A stretch of DNA of 53,579 bases, filler included, from Basidiobolus ranarum (Eukaryota), in assembly GCA_040143965.1 (NCBI GenBank). It is 3 parts of 3 records of this genome, joined end to end, with 100 filler letters (N's around TTAATTAATTAA, not from the genome) between each part and the next. Parts side by side here need not be neighbours in the genome. Positions count along the whole stretch, not along the records: positions 35,813 to 53,579 come from JASJQH010000292.1; 2 more parts are not named here. One strand, given 5' to 3'. Positions within the stretch are counted from its first letter, which is position 1; each line of letters begins with the position of its first letter. The notes under the pieces are model-generated. The model was not told the origin of the DNA. It ran no database searches and saw only the letters and a program-made list of their open reading frames with translations. This document shows positions 37,469 to 50,293 of this stretch, piece by piece. Both the position numbers and the translations under genes were made by a program.

Positions 37469-37870
37469 CTACCTTCCAATATCATCTTACCCACTCGTGG
37501 TGAAAATATGGGTGATGGCTGGGAAACCAAGCGTTCTCGTACCCCTGGTCACGTTGATTACGTAATTATTAAACTTGGTGCTCCTGGTCGTGTTCATGAA
37601 GCCATTTTCGATACTCTCCATTTCCGTGGAAACTTCCCCCACCAAGCCTCTTTGGAGGCTTGCTATTCGGAACAGGAGAACCCATTGAATAATCCTGCTG
37701 CTCAATCCGATGATTTCTGGACTACCATCTCCCCCAAACAAAAGACTGCCGCTGATACCGAGCACAAATGGGATTTAACACCCAAGGACAAGGTCTTCAC
37801 CCATGTTCGCGCCACTATCTACCCTGATGGTGGTTTCAAGCGTCTCCGTGTGTTTGGTTATAGAGCCTAA
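37469..37870 (+). pseudogene. DAL2: Allantoicase C-terminal repeat only (5' half missing), fused to Copia gag
   Basis: PSNIILPTRGENMGDGWETKRSR..GHVDYVIIKLGAPG..DTLHFRGNFP..IYPDGGFKRLRVFG; upstream sequence is gag, not the first allantoicase repeat. Confidence 0.85.
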
Positions 37871-38345
37871 ATATTACACATTTGCATTAACATACCTGTA
37901 TTTTCCCATCTCTAATAAATATTCAAGCATTTGAAAATGTACACCCAAAGTGTTTGCAACCCTCAGTTAATTCTTTCCGAATATACCATGCTCGTTAGAG
38001 TAAAGCATAATAATTTATCACTGTGCTAAAGCTACCAGAAAGGCTGATTTGAGCATTCGTCGGTACAATTCAATCGGAATTATACGGAGCAATATCCATT
38101 AAATCTAGCGTATAATAAGTTCCACAAATTGATTCGAATTTTGGTTATATTTAATCCACTCAATGGTTCATCTTAAGATAACCGAGTCAAAGCTCATCTA
38201 TATTTAGCAAAGAAAAAAGGAAAAAAAAAGGTTTCTCCTAAATTGAAAGAATTATACATGTCAGAATATACTCGTAACTAAAATTCCTGGAGAAAACTTC
38301 CGTTTATCATTTTCAACCACTTACCTTAATTTATTCATTAATTGG

Positions 38346-40193
38346 ATGTCAAGTTCCAAATTCCTCTCTTTTTTACGTCTTTCAAGAGTTTCACTCTACG
38401 AAACAACCAGACAATATGGAATTATGGCAAGAGCCAAACGTAGAGCTGGCATGTCTTTGGAAAATACCATACAAAAAAGCCTGGAAAATGAGGTGGAGCC
38501 AATTTTAAAGAAAGTTGAGGAGAATATTCAAGCTGAGACAAAAAATGTAGTACCAATAAATAATATTGGGACTTCGGAGAAACCTACTAAAATCCCAAGA
38601 ACTCCCAGAGAAATCCTTGATTTTACTGAAACCAAAAAAGCAACCTCTACTGAACACATTCCTGCTGCTCAAACTATCACACAGCCAAAGCCTACAACGA
38701 AAAAGGGGAAAAATGTCCCAAGCAAACCTTACAGACCACCACCTCTTGTATCAAGAACTGGCCAAGTGATTATTACACAACCGGGTATTGATATCAATTT
38801 GGATATACTCTTACTTCGAACAGCTAGTAACCTTTTCAAACAATAGATATGAGAGTAAAACTTCCTCAAGTTTACGAAAATATTGAGCAGCCACCAAATC
38901 CTCACCTACTTCGTGTCGCTATCATTGGGGCGGCCAACGCAGGTAAATCCACCATGGTTAACCAGCTTGTTGGTGATGAGGTCAGTCCTTTTACCATTTC
39001 TCTTTCACGATAATGGTTAATAATGATTTGAATATTTGTAGATATCAATTGTCTCCGAAAGACCCCAAACAACTCGTGAACGTATCCTTGGTGTTATGAC
39101 CGAAGAGAATACACAGATTGTAAGCAATAGAGCGTGTGCCAATTATCTATGTAATTATTATTAACTTTATCCACGGTTAGGTATTTTTGGATACACCTGG
39201 TGTTATCCCAAATAAGAATAGATTAAGGTAAGATATATATTTTTACAGAATCACCACAAGAAGTGGATGTTAACGTGATAAATGGTATAGACTAGTTCGT
39301 GAAATTGTAAGTGCTCCTTGGCACACTATCAATGAAGCTGAGCATTGTAAGTGATTTTCTTCTCGCCAAAAAAGCATTCTTGATAACATTCTAATCTGAC
39401 TCTCTCTTATCATAGTGTTGATTTTGATCGACGGGCCTGAAGCTGTTAAGCGTTTCTCCGTTGCAGAAACATATTTATTTGAGCGATTAAAAGATATCAA
39501 CGTCCCAGCTACACTTGTATTAAACAAAGTAAGTTTGTCAGATTTTTTAAATGAAGCTCATATCCACATAGCTCAAATACTAACCACCCCTATCACTAGA
39601 TGGATCTCGTTGAAGATAAAGATATGGTTACACTTCTCACTGAACACTATCAAAAGCAGTATGGCAATATCATGCGAACTATCTATACCTCAGCCTTACA
39701 CAACGTTGGGGTATCTGACGTCAAGGTAGATTTAGGTGCCTCGATCATAGCAAGAGATATACTAATATGACTTTCTTAGGAGTGGCTGATGACCTTAGCA
39801 AAGCCTAATAACTGGGTGTACCCCAAACAGCAAAAGGGAGAAATGTCGGATTTAAAGCGCGTAGAGGAATTGATCAGAGCGGAGTTCTTTTCACGTTTGC
39901 ATTCATACTTGCCCTATACCATTCGCCAGGAAAATACTGGTTGGACTAATATACCCAGTGGTGCCCTCCGAATTGATCAGAACATCATTGTCGACAAGCC
40001 TAGTCAAGAGGTAAGTCTTATATTAGATGCACAAGGGAGTATGTAGGCACTAATAGGATTATTTGCATAGAAAATCATTGTCGGAGCACAAGGAAAGATT
40101 ATCAAAGAAGTGACCGCGGCTGCCACTGGTCGCATTGCCCGAGTTTTAAAAAGACCGGTCCATTTATATTTAAAAGTTAAAACCAAGAAATAA
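38346..40193 (+). CDS. Mitochondrial Era-like GTPase (ERAL1) with KH domain, multi-exon
   Basis: G1 GAANAGKS, G2 PQTTR, G3 DTPG, G4 NKV|D, C-terminal KIIVGAQG..PVHLYLKVK; presequence-like N-terminus. Confidence 0.9.
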
Positions 40194-40949
40194 TCACCAT
40201 CATTCACATTGCATACTTTTCAAATAGATAGAATTAACCAACTCCATATTTTGTAATTTTCTTTACATTGATTACACGAATAATCTCCCGTCTAATTTAC
40301 ACGTTTGTAATTTTAGAACAATTTGTTGAGGGGCCTTTTATTAACTTTTAGAATCACTTTGAAACTGAATCTTTTTCAAGTAAATATATCTTACTTCAGC
40401 TTGATCTTTTGTAAGAGATACATGATGGATTTGGAATACGTCGAATTTCATTGATGAACATTATTATGAACTCTCATAAATTATTGAGATTTACCAAATC
40501 GCCTTGAAAGGGTCCAGCTCGGGGTCCAATGAGATTTTTAAACATTGCGAACCAAGTCTCATTTTTTGGTCAAAATCGCTTTCCCAATCTATCGCTTCCT
40601 ACAGTATTAAGAAGAGGGCGCTTGAGTACTTGGTTAGTCTATGAAGAAATTTTTACAAGGATATCTCTAAAGTCTTATTTGTGGCCGGAAATTTGGGTGG
40701 TTTGGAATACACATCAGATGCAGTTGAGTGTAGATGTGATGAGGGTTAAAATCCCTCCAAGAATGCGTATATAGCAGGGTGAAGGTGAATAATAAAGGGA
40801 AAACTTATGATAGCGAAAATTGGTGTATCCTTATTGATCTTTAGGTAGAATGTTATGACGGAAGAGTTGGCGATTATGGTAGCTCATTAGTGGCATAAGA
40901 AGCAGCCAAGATTGTAGGAGTGAGTGATAAATAAGATTGACGTTTCTAG

Positions 40950-41645
40950 TTAAAGAGCGTCGTTACATTCGGTAACTTCTCTGATATTTGATCCTTTGGG
41001 TCCAGGTTCTACTAATGTAGTGTCCATTATTTGTTTATAACATGGATGCTGATCGACTAAATTCGTGTAATACTGCTGTAGAGTTTCTGGAGAGCAGTAT
41101 AACCTCCAATTGATAAAAAATAGGAACTCTAGTTCCAGAGCATTGATCTCTTGGGTAGTTATACCTCCCACCTTGGCATAGTGTGTATTCGTACAATAAG
41201 CATCGCATAGGTTCTTGGAAGCGGCTACTATCGCCGTTATGAGAAATCGATGAACGGTTAAGGAGGAAATGACGAAACTTCTGTGTAGTTCACTTATACG
41301 ATCGATGTATACAATTAACATGATAAGACACGGTTTTTCGACAGATGCGTACCTTACAATACGTTTTAAATATTCATAAACAGATATGGCAGGTGGTGTA
41401 CGGGAATGAAATCTAGTTAGATTACTGGGTGTCAACGGAATCTGGTCGTTGTGGGCAATTAGACGATTAAACATGTCCGCTTGATAAAAAAAATAGAATC
41501 AGTTTCCATTGAAAATGAGAACTAAAATAGAAAAGCTACTCCTTGATTTACCTATCAAATGTGTCAAATGACCAGTATCAGCTAGATAAAATGCCTTAGG
41601 AACCTCTATGGTTGTAGCGGCAGTAACAGACAGTGTGCTACTCAT
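40950..41645 (-). CDS. PHO80/PCL-family cyclin (PREG-like), 2 exons
   Basis: LTRFHSRTPPAISVYEYLKRI...VYIDRI...LTVHRFLITAIVAASK..D...NTHYAKVGGI...INALELEFL. Confidence 0.9.
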
Positions 41646-43931
41646 ACAAGCTGCAGATTTGGGTATAGTAGTAGGAATTAGGATAGTTTGTAGAATCGCC
41701 AGGCAAACTTTTAATGACGTATGAAAAACAATGGGGAATACTATGAAAGTGCGACGGAGAGGAATGCTCAATTGATAGGAGTCTGCTAATCAATGTCTAG
41801 TTTTGTGAAATAGCTAAAGGCATGTAACTAACACCTGGTAAGCCATTACTTTTATTTCTTTAATAAAACTATCCAAAACTTTCCTAGAAGGTATATATAT
41901 ATATATACACACGAACTAAAAAATAGGGAATGCAAAAATTGCCAAAAAAAGTCGAAGTGTTTTAGAAGGACAGAGTGCGAAATCAGCGAAAACTATTGGG
42001 TAGGATGAAAGTATAAATTCATTTTGAAGTGTAATTAAAAGACATACACTTCGCCTTATAGTAACAGGTGACAATATAGGTAACAGTAAAAGGATAAACG
42101 GAACTACGATTCTTCACTAGCAGATAGTTGAAAAAACCCTTTCCTTTCTGAGATACTATTTTATTTATTCCGCAACCCCTTCTGCTCAACGGAAGATGCC
42201 TTGGGCAAGCGTAGATCAAGACGATGGTTGTTTAACGAGCTCAAAATAAGGCATTCTATGCAAGTGGATAAACTAGAGCTAGGCATTCCTCGATCACAAT
42301 TAATGAGCCTGACTCTACTGTTGTTGATTTTTCGGATGAAAGACCTACACGGCTCATACGTCATTCAAAATGCACTCATTATAGTGAATTTAGAATTGCG
42401 CCACATTCAATCGCCCTTTCTTATTTGATCATGTTTGGTATTTATTTATGCGTATTTTGGGAAAATCAGTGTTCTAATTTCAAATCGCTCTCAGGGTAAC
42501 TTTGTTGATAAGCAGTGATCCAAATTCCTGTTAAGAAACTAGCTTTATCAATCAAAATATATGCAAGCAAAGTGATCCGCTGGAAGAGGAGAGCCATTGG
42601 TGTATTTGTGTCTGATACTCTCTTTTCAATAGGTTTGCAGATTTATTTACTTTCGTATTTGCACCGCATTGTATCCTTGAAAGTAGATTTTGTCCAGGTA
42701 GGTGGCACTTTTATTTCCACTTTCTGAGCTATTCTCCTCTCTATTACCGATATCCAGCTACATATTGATTGAGCAAGCGAACTGCTATTTATCACTCAAC
42801 CTAGTGTCGATAAAACAAACAGCTCGCGGGAAGAGCAAAATTGATAAATATTGAATACCACATATTGTTTACACAATGATATGCCACCCATTCAAAAGTG
42901 ACGTTCCTAACATTCGATTTCTTTGCATATTAATCAGAAACAACTTAGTCACACCATTGTCAACAATCATGTATGTTGCATTCAACTATCCCAGCCACAG
43001 CTTATCTAACAGCTTTTCTTCATTGCTAACAGTGGAAAGAATTCTCTAGACCTATTGGAACTTGTGGCGACCAATAAATACTACCTGCTTCAACACACGG
43101 GTCCGACACCCCTGTAGCCGCACTTATAGTTTCTGTACAATAAACTCATAATTACTGAATACGATAGATATCAATCTCGTAATTGTTGAATTGTCACTAG
43201 TGGATCCATACTGATAATGCCTGCACCGCTTCAGAAGTGTTCTGGCTAACAAATGTTGGTGGACTGACACTCATATGACTTATTGGCCTCTTGTAGAATA
43301 AGCCAAGTGGATCTTCATCTCCCCCGCAGTGAGGTCACCTGAACTACATATGGGTTGGCGCAGGCCATTGTTCCATCGCATCCAAGCCATACATGTGAGT
43401 CAATTTGAATACGTGGTAAATTGTACCAGAGAGTATTAGGGACTGATTATCACAAAGATAAAAGGACATTTGTAAAGTGAGACATAATGAAGAGCCATTG
43501 CTCCAAGATGGAAATCAGCCAAGTCATCAATGTTCAGGAATGCATATTAGTTGATCTGGACTGTTGCCGATATTACTTGTCAAAAGAGCTATCCAATGAA
43601 CTATCCCTGATGATCCAAACATTTTAGGAATAATAATTTCTTCTTATTGGGCGAAGTGACTGTCTTCATATTTAACAAAGCTTAGCTATATCAAATTGAA
43701 ATGGTATTGTTCTTCCTTTTATAACTCCGTGTTTATATCCCCAAGTTTATGCTTCAACTGGTGGAGTAATTTTCATTTTTTTAATCATTGTTATTTTACC
43801 CGTTTTAGGCCGGCTGTGTTAATTGTATTTCACTGTAGCTGCAGGTTCATTATTGCAGTCTAACCTTTTATTAGTCGAAGGCTGCGTGAGCCCTCCTCCT
43901 TTATCTACCTTCAGAGCACATAAACGCCTAC

Positions 43932-45594
43932 ATGCCCGAACCCATAGTTGGCAAGGTCACTGAGATTGGACTGCCCAAACCTTCTGTTACTTTTTACAAG
44001 CAAGAAGATACTCCACTAGTCCTTACTCTGACCTCTATTGACAAGGCTAAAAGAGAACTTGTATATCGTATCAAGGCTAAAGTAAGTTTACCTGTCTACA
44101 ATAAGCTTCCAGCCCTAAGTTTATTTATTTAAAGTATGTCTTTCTGCCTACAATGCTTAACAATATTTATTTCAAAATCAAGACCAATCTATCGCAATAC
44201 CGAAAAAAAAATTACGATGCTGTTGAAAGAACCTACGGTGAATTTGAAAGGTTACATACCTACCTCCTGAACGCGTATCCTGAATGTATTATTCCTATGC
44301 TTCCTCGTCAACCAGACGAGTGTGGTAGTCCTGATAAAAATTTACGGCTGATCAAGAATGCTCTTCAAAATTTCCTCGGCAGGTTAGCTGCTCATCCAAT
44401 TTTGTGTCAGGATTCTGAACTCCAATCTTTCATAGAAACAGATTTTGTAGTATGTATCCTCTCTGTGAGTACACGACCGTATACTTGTACTGACGGTTTA
44501 TTCCCATTTATAGTACAAACCGACCAGTAGAGTCAATCCGATCAAAGTTAATCGTTTTCGAACGAAAGTCAAGGATACATCTAATGGGGAAAAGGATCCC
44601 TTAGATTCTGAGTATACAGCATTAGTTGCACTTGAGAATAACTTGCAGAATTCATCGAAGATATTGACAAAATTAAGTAGAACTCGCAAAAGTAATGGCA
44701 TCTTATTTGTACAGAAATTTCATCGGAAAGTAATACTGAATATTGGATGTTATCAACGGTTCTTTTATATAGATTGGAGCAATTCAGAAGTGGAAATTGC
44801 CAGTAAGTTGACTTCGTTTGCTGCATCAGAAGTGACCAGTCCTATGTCTAGGTATAGCTCTCACAATTATACACAAATTCGACTATGAAAGTTATTCACT
44901 TTGATCTTTTCAGACCGCTACGTAGGTTGGGCGAATATTTCTCCAAATCCAGTGAGCTAAACGTGGTGCAGGCATGTTACCATCAGCGTCAAATATGCAA
45001 TTTTGAATACGAATTCCTAAAGCAGATATTGCTCTATATAGACGGATCACCAAAGTGCTCTTTTGGGGTTCTTTTTTGACAATTACATTAAGAATGCTAA
45101 ATATATACAGGTAAATAATAACTCATCATTTACCGTTCTAAAGACTGCGATTGACTCTATTTGCGTAGCTACTGCTTCTTAATCGAATCAATGTAAAAGC
45201 TGAATATGATACTTCCGTAAAAACATCGGAAAAGAGACGACAGGCTATTGTAGTGATGAAAGCCTCCGGAAGCATCAAAACAGAGAAAGTAAATCAAGCA
45301 GTGGAGGATCTAGAAGAGGTAAGCATGTCTCTTGCAACTCTTTACATTTAATTTCACAGCATTAATCATGCATATCTCCATATTATGATGAGATAGGCTA
45401 AGCAATTCGAAACATATAAGCGAGCATTGCATAATAAGATTGACAAGAATTTAAGGAGTGAAATTGAGATTTACGAAACAACCAAAGTATATGATTTTTT
45501 GAGTTGCTTCAACACATACGCACGTAAACAACTGGAAATAGAAAAACAGAAACTCCAATTGTGGGAGAGCATGTTAAACGAATTGACTCAATGA
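43932..45594 (+). CDS. VPS17: Retromer PX-BAR sorting nexin, Vps17-like, multi-exon
   Basis: IKAKTNLSQYRKKNYDAVERTYGEFERLH..L..AYPECIIPMLP (Vps17 PX-like); BAR region ending IKTEKVNQAVEDLEEAK. Confidence 0.75.
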
Positions 45595-46709
45595 TGTAAA
45601 GACGGCGCTGGAGAAACCTTTGCATCATGCATTATTGGGTACATTGTTCAAGTTGATTTATGGGTGTACTTTCATTTAGATACACAAAAGACAAAGATTG
45701 ATTTGTATCGTTTCTTCTTTTCACCTTTACCTCAGCCCTATGATATTTTCACTTTAGTATGGGCACCAATTCATCCCTGTATTTGTCTGTAGAAAGTATT
45801 AGATGAAATTTATCAACAATGGTACTAAGAAAGACCATTAGAGCTCTAGTGTTCCCTATTCCTGTTCCAATAATATATATCTGCCAATTGAATGAATCAT
45901 GGATTTTTCATCGTGTATCCCATTTTATTATCCATTTCAACAGATCCCAAACAAAACATGTCTAGGTCAATCTATAGGACACAGTACACACTCGTGTGGA
46001 GATCAACCATGTTTTATATGCCTGTACAAACTAAAGATTTATGAAGGAATCTGCACATGTGAAATCAACGAAGGGCTTATTACTATGTGAGTATATAGAC
46101 AGGGACATGTATTTTTGTGGCGTAGGATGAGCAAAATCAATATATTTGGCTTCCTACATCGAAGAGTGTTTATTCCGACTAGGCCTTGGCAGTATAGATG
46201 AGGGCAAACCAGTCGATTTTTCACCACCAAACAGGTGAGTTTCTCGCGAAGTATAGCAACAAATATCTGTTTACGTTGTAAAAGACGGTTGATCAAAAGT
46301 CTACGAGTGCACATAGTCACAGCAGCATCAGCCTGTTAGTACAAAAGTCATTACATATCGTAAATGCTACTATTTATTTCCCGATCTTATTCACCCATTA
46401 AATATCCATCTTTCTCCAAGTATCCTTTGACATTTGTATGTAAAGCATTTACAAACATCTACTCAACTAGAAAAAATCACTTGACACTATATACTTGGCC
46501 CGGCTCGGATCGCTCACAAATTTCTGTAATGAATATATACTAAGCTTGATTAAAGATGTTAAACTTAAATCTGATTTTATACTAAGAAACTGGAATCCCG
46601 ATAGCTGAAACAGTCATTGTATTGAAATGATTTTTTTTACAATAAATTTGCTTTTTCTATTTTTGTGAAGGATGGTAATCTATGCTTTTTGTGTACTTGC
46701 TGCCAGATA

Positions 46710-49037
46710 ATGTTCTTATTACGTCCTGGACACTGGAAGTCAATAACAAGAAATATTCCATTGTCAAATAGTCGTCTGTTTACTGTTAGTTTATACAACA
46801 GCTATAGTACCAATAATACTCGCATGCCGTGCGAAAAGTCCAAATCACAAACTCGTTTAACTAGTGCTCCTTACACTTCTGCGAGTAGACGTACTATGAA
46901 TTCTCCAAAGAGTTATGGGGTAAACAAAAATACCGGACACATAATGAAGATCAATTTGAATCAAAAAGAGAGAGAAATCTGCGACCTTTTACATGACGTT
47001 GCTTTGAACATAAAAAAAACTGATCCAAATCTTCCTTCTGTTGAATTAAGAGTAGCCGGTGGCTGGGTCCGAGATAAAGTTGGTTTTTTGTTTTCACTGA
47101 GTACTTTTTTTTAGCTTCATTTCATGCTCACTAATATCCTGGTTCTAGTTATTAGGCTTGGAGAGTCATGATTTGGATATCGCTATCAACAGCATGCTTG
47201 GTTACGAGTTTGCGCTTCATGTGAATCAATACTTGAAGCAGAAGGGGTATACCTCGAAACATGTAACCAAGATTGCCTCAAATCCTGACAAATCAAAACA
47301 TTTAGAAACAGCAACATCTATGGTATTTGGAATGTCACTTGATTTTGTAAATTTAAGAGGTGAAGTGCGAGATGAAAGTACGAACAATCTTGAAGTTGTA
47401 AGTTGTCAAACTTGTGTTGAGCTCAGGTTGGCTATCTAACTGTTATTTCATTTGTATAGTCTTTTGGGACCCCTGCACAAGATGCTTTTCATCGCGATAT
47501 CACCATCAATGCACTTTTTTACAATATACTACACAAGAAGTTGAGGACTTTACGAACATGGTAAGTTTGAGTATTTATAATGAATCATCATTAAAGCTAA
47601 CTTCTGATAATTATTGTAACATAGGGAGTTGCCGATCTAGGCGAAGGATTGATTCGTACACCACTTCCGGCCATTGAAACTTTTAGCGATGATCCTTTAA
47701 GAGTGCTCAGATGTATTCGGTTTGCCAGTAATTTTGACTTTGAAATAGTAGATGATGTTAAACAAGCCATCTCTCAACCGGAAATCATGGTAAATTTATC
47801 ACTAAAACTATAGTCCATTCGATCCAACGAACCTAACCACAAATTTTATTAACAAGGCCAATCTAAGCAACAATATCAGTAGAGAACGAATCGGTGTTGA
47901 GTTGGACAAAATACTTCGAGGTAGGCTAGTTTGCGATTGAGATGAATTTCTTGGAAAGCTACTGATTTTCTCGACACTTGCTGAACATAGGCCCAAACCC
48001 TTTGAAAGGCTTGGGACTTATTCACGGATTAAACTTGTATAATGTTGTGTTTATCAAACCACAAAACGATGCTGTGGATTCCATTCAGAATACCTCCGTT
48101 GGACTGGAATTGTCAAAAACGATCAATTGGTATGTTATAATTTGGTAGTGTTGGAATGTATGTTATGTATTGAATGTCTTATCATCCACGGACCAGGTTG
48201 ATTCATAAACGCCATATTGCTGAGGTTATCCCCAACTCGACAGAAGAAATGAGATGGCTTTATCTTGCATCTAATCTTGTACCATATAAAGATATGGTTT
48301 ATCAAGAGAAAAAAAAGCAACTTCCCATTGTTCATTATATCATCAGAGAAGGATTGAAGGTAAGCAACAAAGTTGAATTTCCACAATGCTCAAATCTTAT
48401 TACACTTGACTTACTGCTACCCTCAGTCCTCCAATGTGGATATAGATACTACATGCAAGCTTCTCAACTCTTTAAACACTCTCCGTGAAGCGGTTAAGAA
48501 CAATCATGCTGCATCATTAGACAGACCTACGCTAGGGATGTTGATCCGAGAGATCGGAAGCAAATGGAAACTTGCGATTATGTTTTCTTTGGCCAATGAT
48601 ATTCTTCCGTTTACTGAAAAATGCAACGAAATTGAACAGAGTTAGTAGTTTCGCTTTATTGATTGCCATTCACTTTGGATGGTTTTATTTACATTTCATC
48701 AACTCAAGATGAGGATATGCAGCAAGTTATCGAAAAATACCGGGAGTTTGTTGCGCAGGTTCATGAATTTGGCATTGAGGAGTGTTACTCTTGGAAATAT
48801 ATTGTGGATGTAAGTTAATGTTGATAATCCAAGCTAGAGAATTTCTCTTTCTAATATCTAATTGCCATGTCGAAATTGTAGGGAAAGAAAGTCGCTACGT
48901 TACTAGGAATTAAGCCAGGCCCGCAGATCAAGGATACACTCGAGAAAGTTATGTATTGGCAGTTGGGACATCCAGAGGGCACTCCAGAGCAATGCATTGA
49001 ATTTGTCCAAGATTTAGCATCCAAATCTAAGCAGTAA
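46710..49037 (+). CDS. CCA1: Class II tRNA nucleotidyltransferase (CCA1-like); apparent 1-nt frameshift at ~47529, may be a pseudogene
   Basis: RVAGGWVRDKLLG..SHDLDIA, NPDKSKHLETA, DFVNLR, DDPLRVLRCIRFAS, ISRERIGVELDK, IKPGP; in-frame ATGs at 46710/46824/46896/46944. Confidence 0.85.
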
Positions 49038-50080
49038 TCCGAGAAATCATGGGAATCGCTGGAATAGCATCATGGAACTACCGTTTATCGTTTTAAACAT
49101 GAGACTAATCTCCAAAATAGAAAATATTTGATTTAGTAAATATTCATGAGCCAAGTCATTTGATTTTAAGAATAACTTATGAAGGGCATGTGATCAGTGG
49201 GTAGTGTGCACTTTATCCGAATGAGGTAATATCTCGTGGTAGTGAATTATGACTCATCAAATAGGGAGTAAGATTCCAGTTTGAGAGGATCAGTTGAGTA
49301 TGTAGTACACAGACAAGCCGAGGTTTTAGAATTGGGCTTTGAACTCGTTTGTTTCGAATTAGACATTCATTAGAATATGAGTGCGCTTATATGCCTGAAG
49401 TAAAACAGTGAAATGACTCTTTCTGATGGCGATGTGTAATAGTTAATGCTGGCACGATCAGATGATTGGATTGATATTGAAGAATTCATATATTAGGTCG
49501 AGGCCCGTTTTGATGCCAAATCTTTATAAAAACATCGCAATAACGATACTCTGTAACAATATGGATGTTTTTCGAACGTAAGGTATATGTATTCGTAAGT
49601 AACGGAGAAACATGTTAGATTGATATGATGATCCATTTGGTACTTCGCCTTCGGTATCGGTATCCGTCGGTATGAATTCACTCGGCAACTGGGTAGAAAA
49701 CATCCTTTATGCTTACTCTCGCTACTAAATTAATTTCATTACCAGTTTTCAAACCAGTTTCACTTTGAGGTGTACAGGAGACGACTTGAGAAATTAAACG
49801 AGCGAGTGTTTTTTTCACTCGTACTGTTCTCTCACCTGGATTCTAAACCCTTATATTATATTTAACATTCTTTAACCCCTCCCGCTTTTATTTTGTAGTT
49901 GTATTCTGCCTTAATATATTCATATATATCTCTATCCCTTGTACTCATACGCTCTGAAGAGTAAACGTACTTCCGTGTACGATTTGCTTTTACCTACCTT
50001 GTTCAGCTTATCCTCTTGGCTTTTCTAAGCAGTAGACCGACTAACTTGGTTATATAATTATATGTCAAGTTAATAAAGCA

Positions 50081-50293
50081 ATGTTTTCTTCAGCCATTGT
50101 TGACAACAATATTCAAGTAATGGGCATATCTACTAAGCCGGAATCGGAAGAACTTGATGACCCAATGGAGTTAGATGAAGAGAACTCCATACCAGTCATA
50201 CCGGAATATGCGCTTCGGCGGAGAGGAGCACTCGCTGTAGTAGACCAGTCAGTACAAGCTTTCTTAGCTACTCGAATACCTAGTGGCAATTGA
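50081..50293 (+). CDS. 70-aa acidic small protein with RRRGAL motif
   Basis: ATG in AAAGCAATG context, CT-rich/TATA-like upstream region, possible 5'UTR intron (~49961-50032), protein-like composition. Confidence 0.5.
   Translation: MFSSAIVDNNIQVMGISTKPESEELDDPMELDEENSIPVIPEYALRRRGALAVVDQSVQAFLATRIPSGN

Noticed and set aside
42019-43900. Short ORFs in the long intergenic region between the cyclin and VPS17
   Set aside because: No recognisable motifs or splice structure; no tRNA or riboswitch pattern seen.
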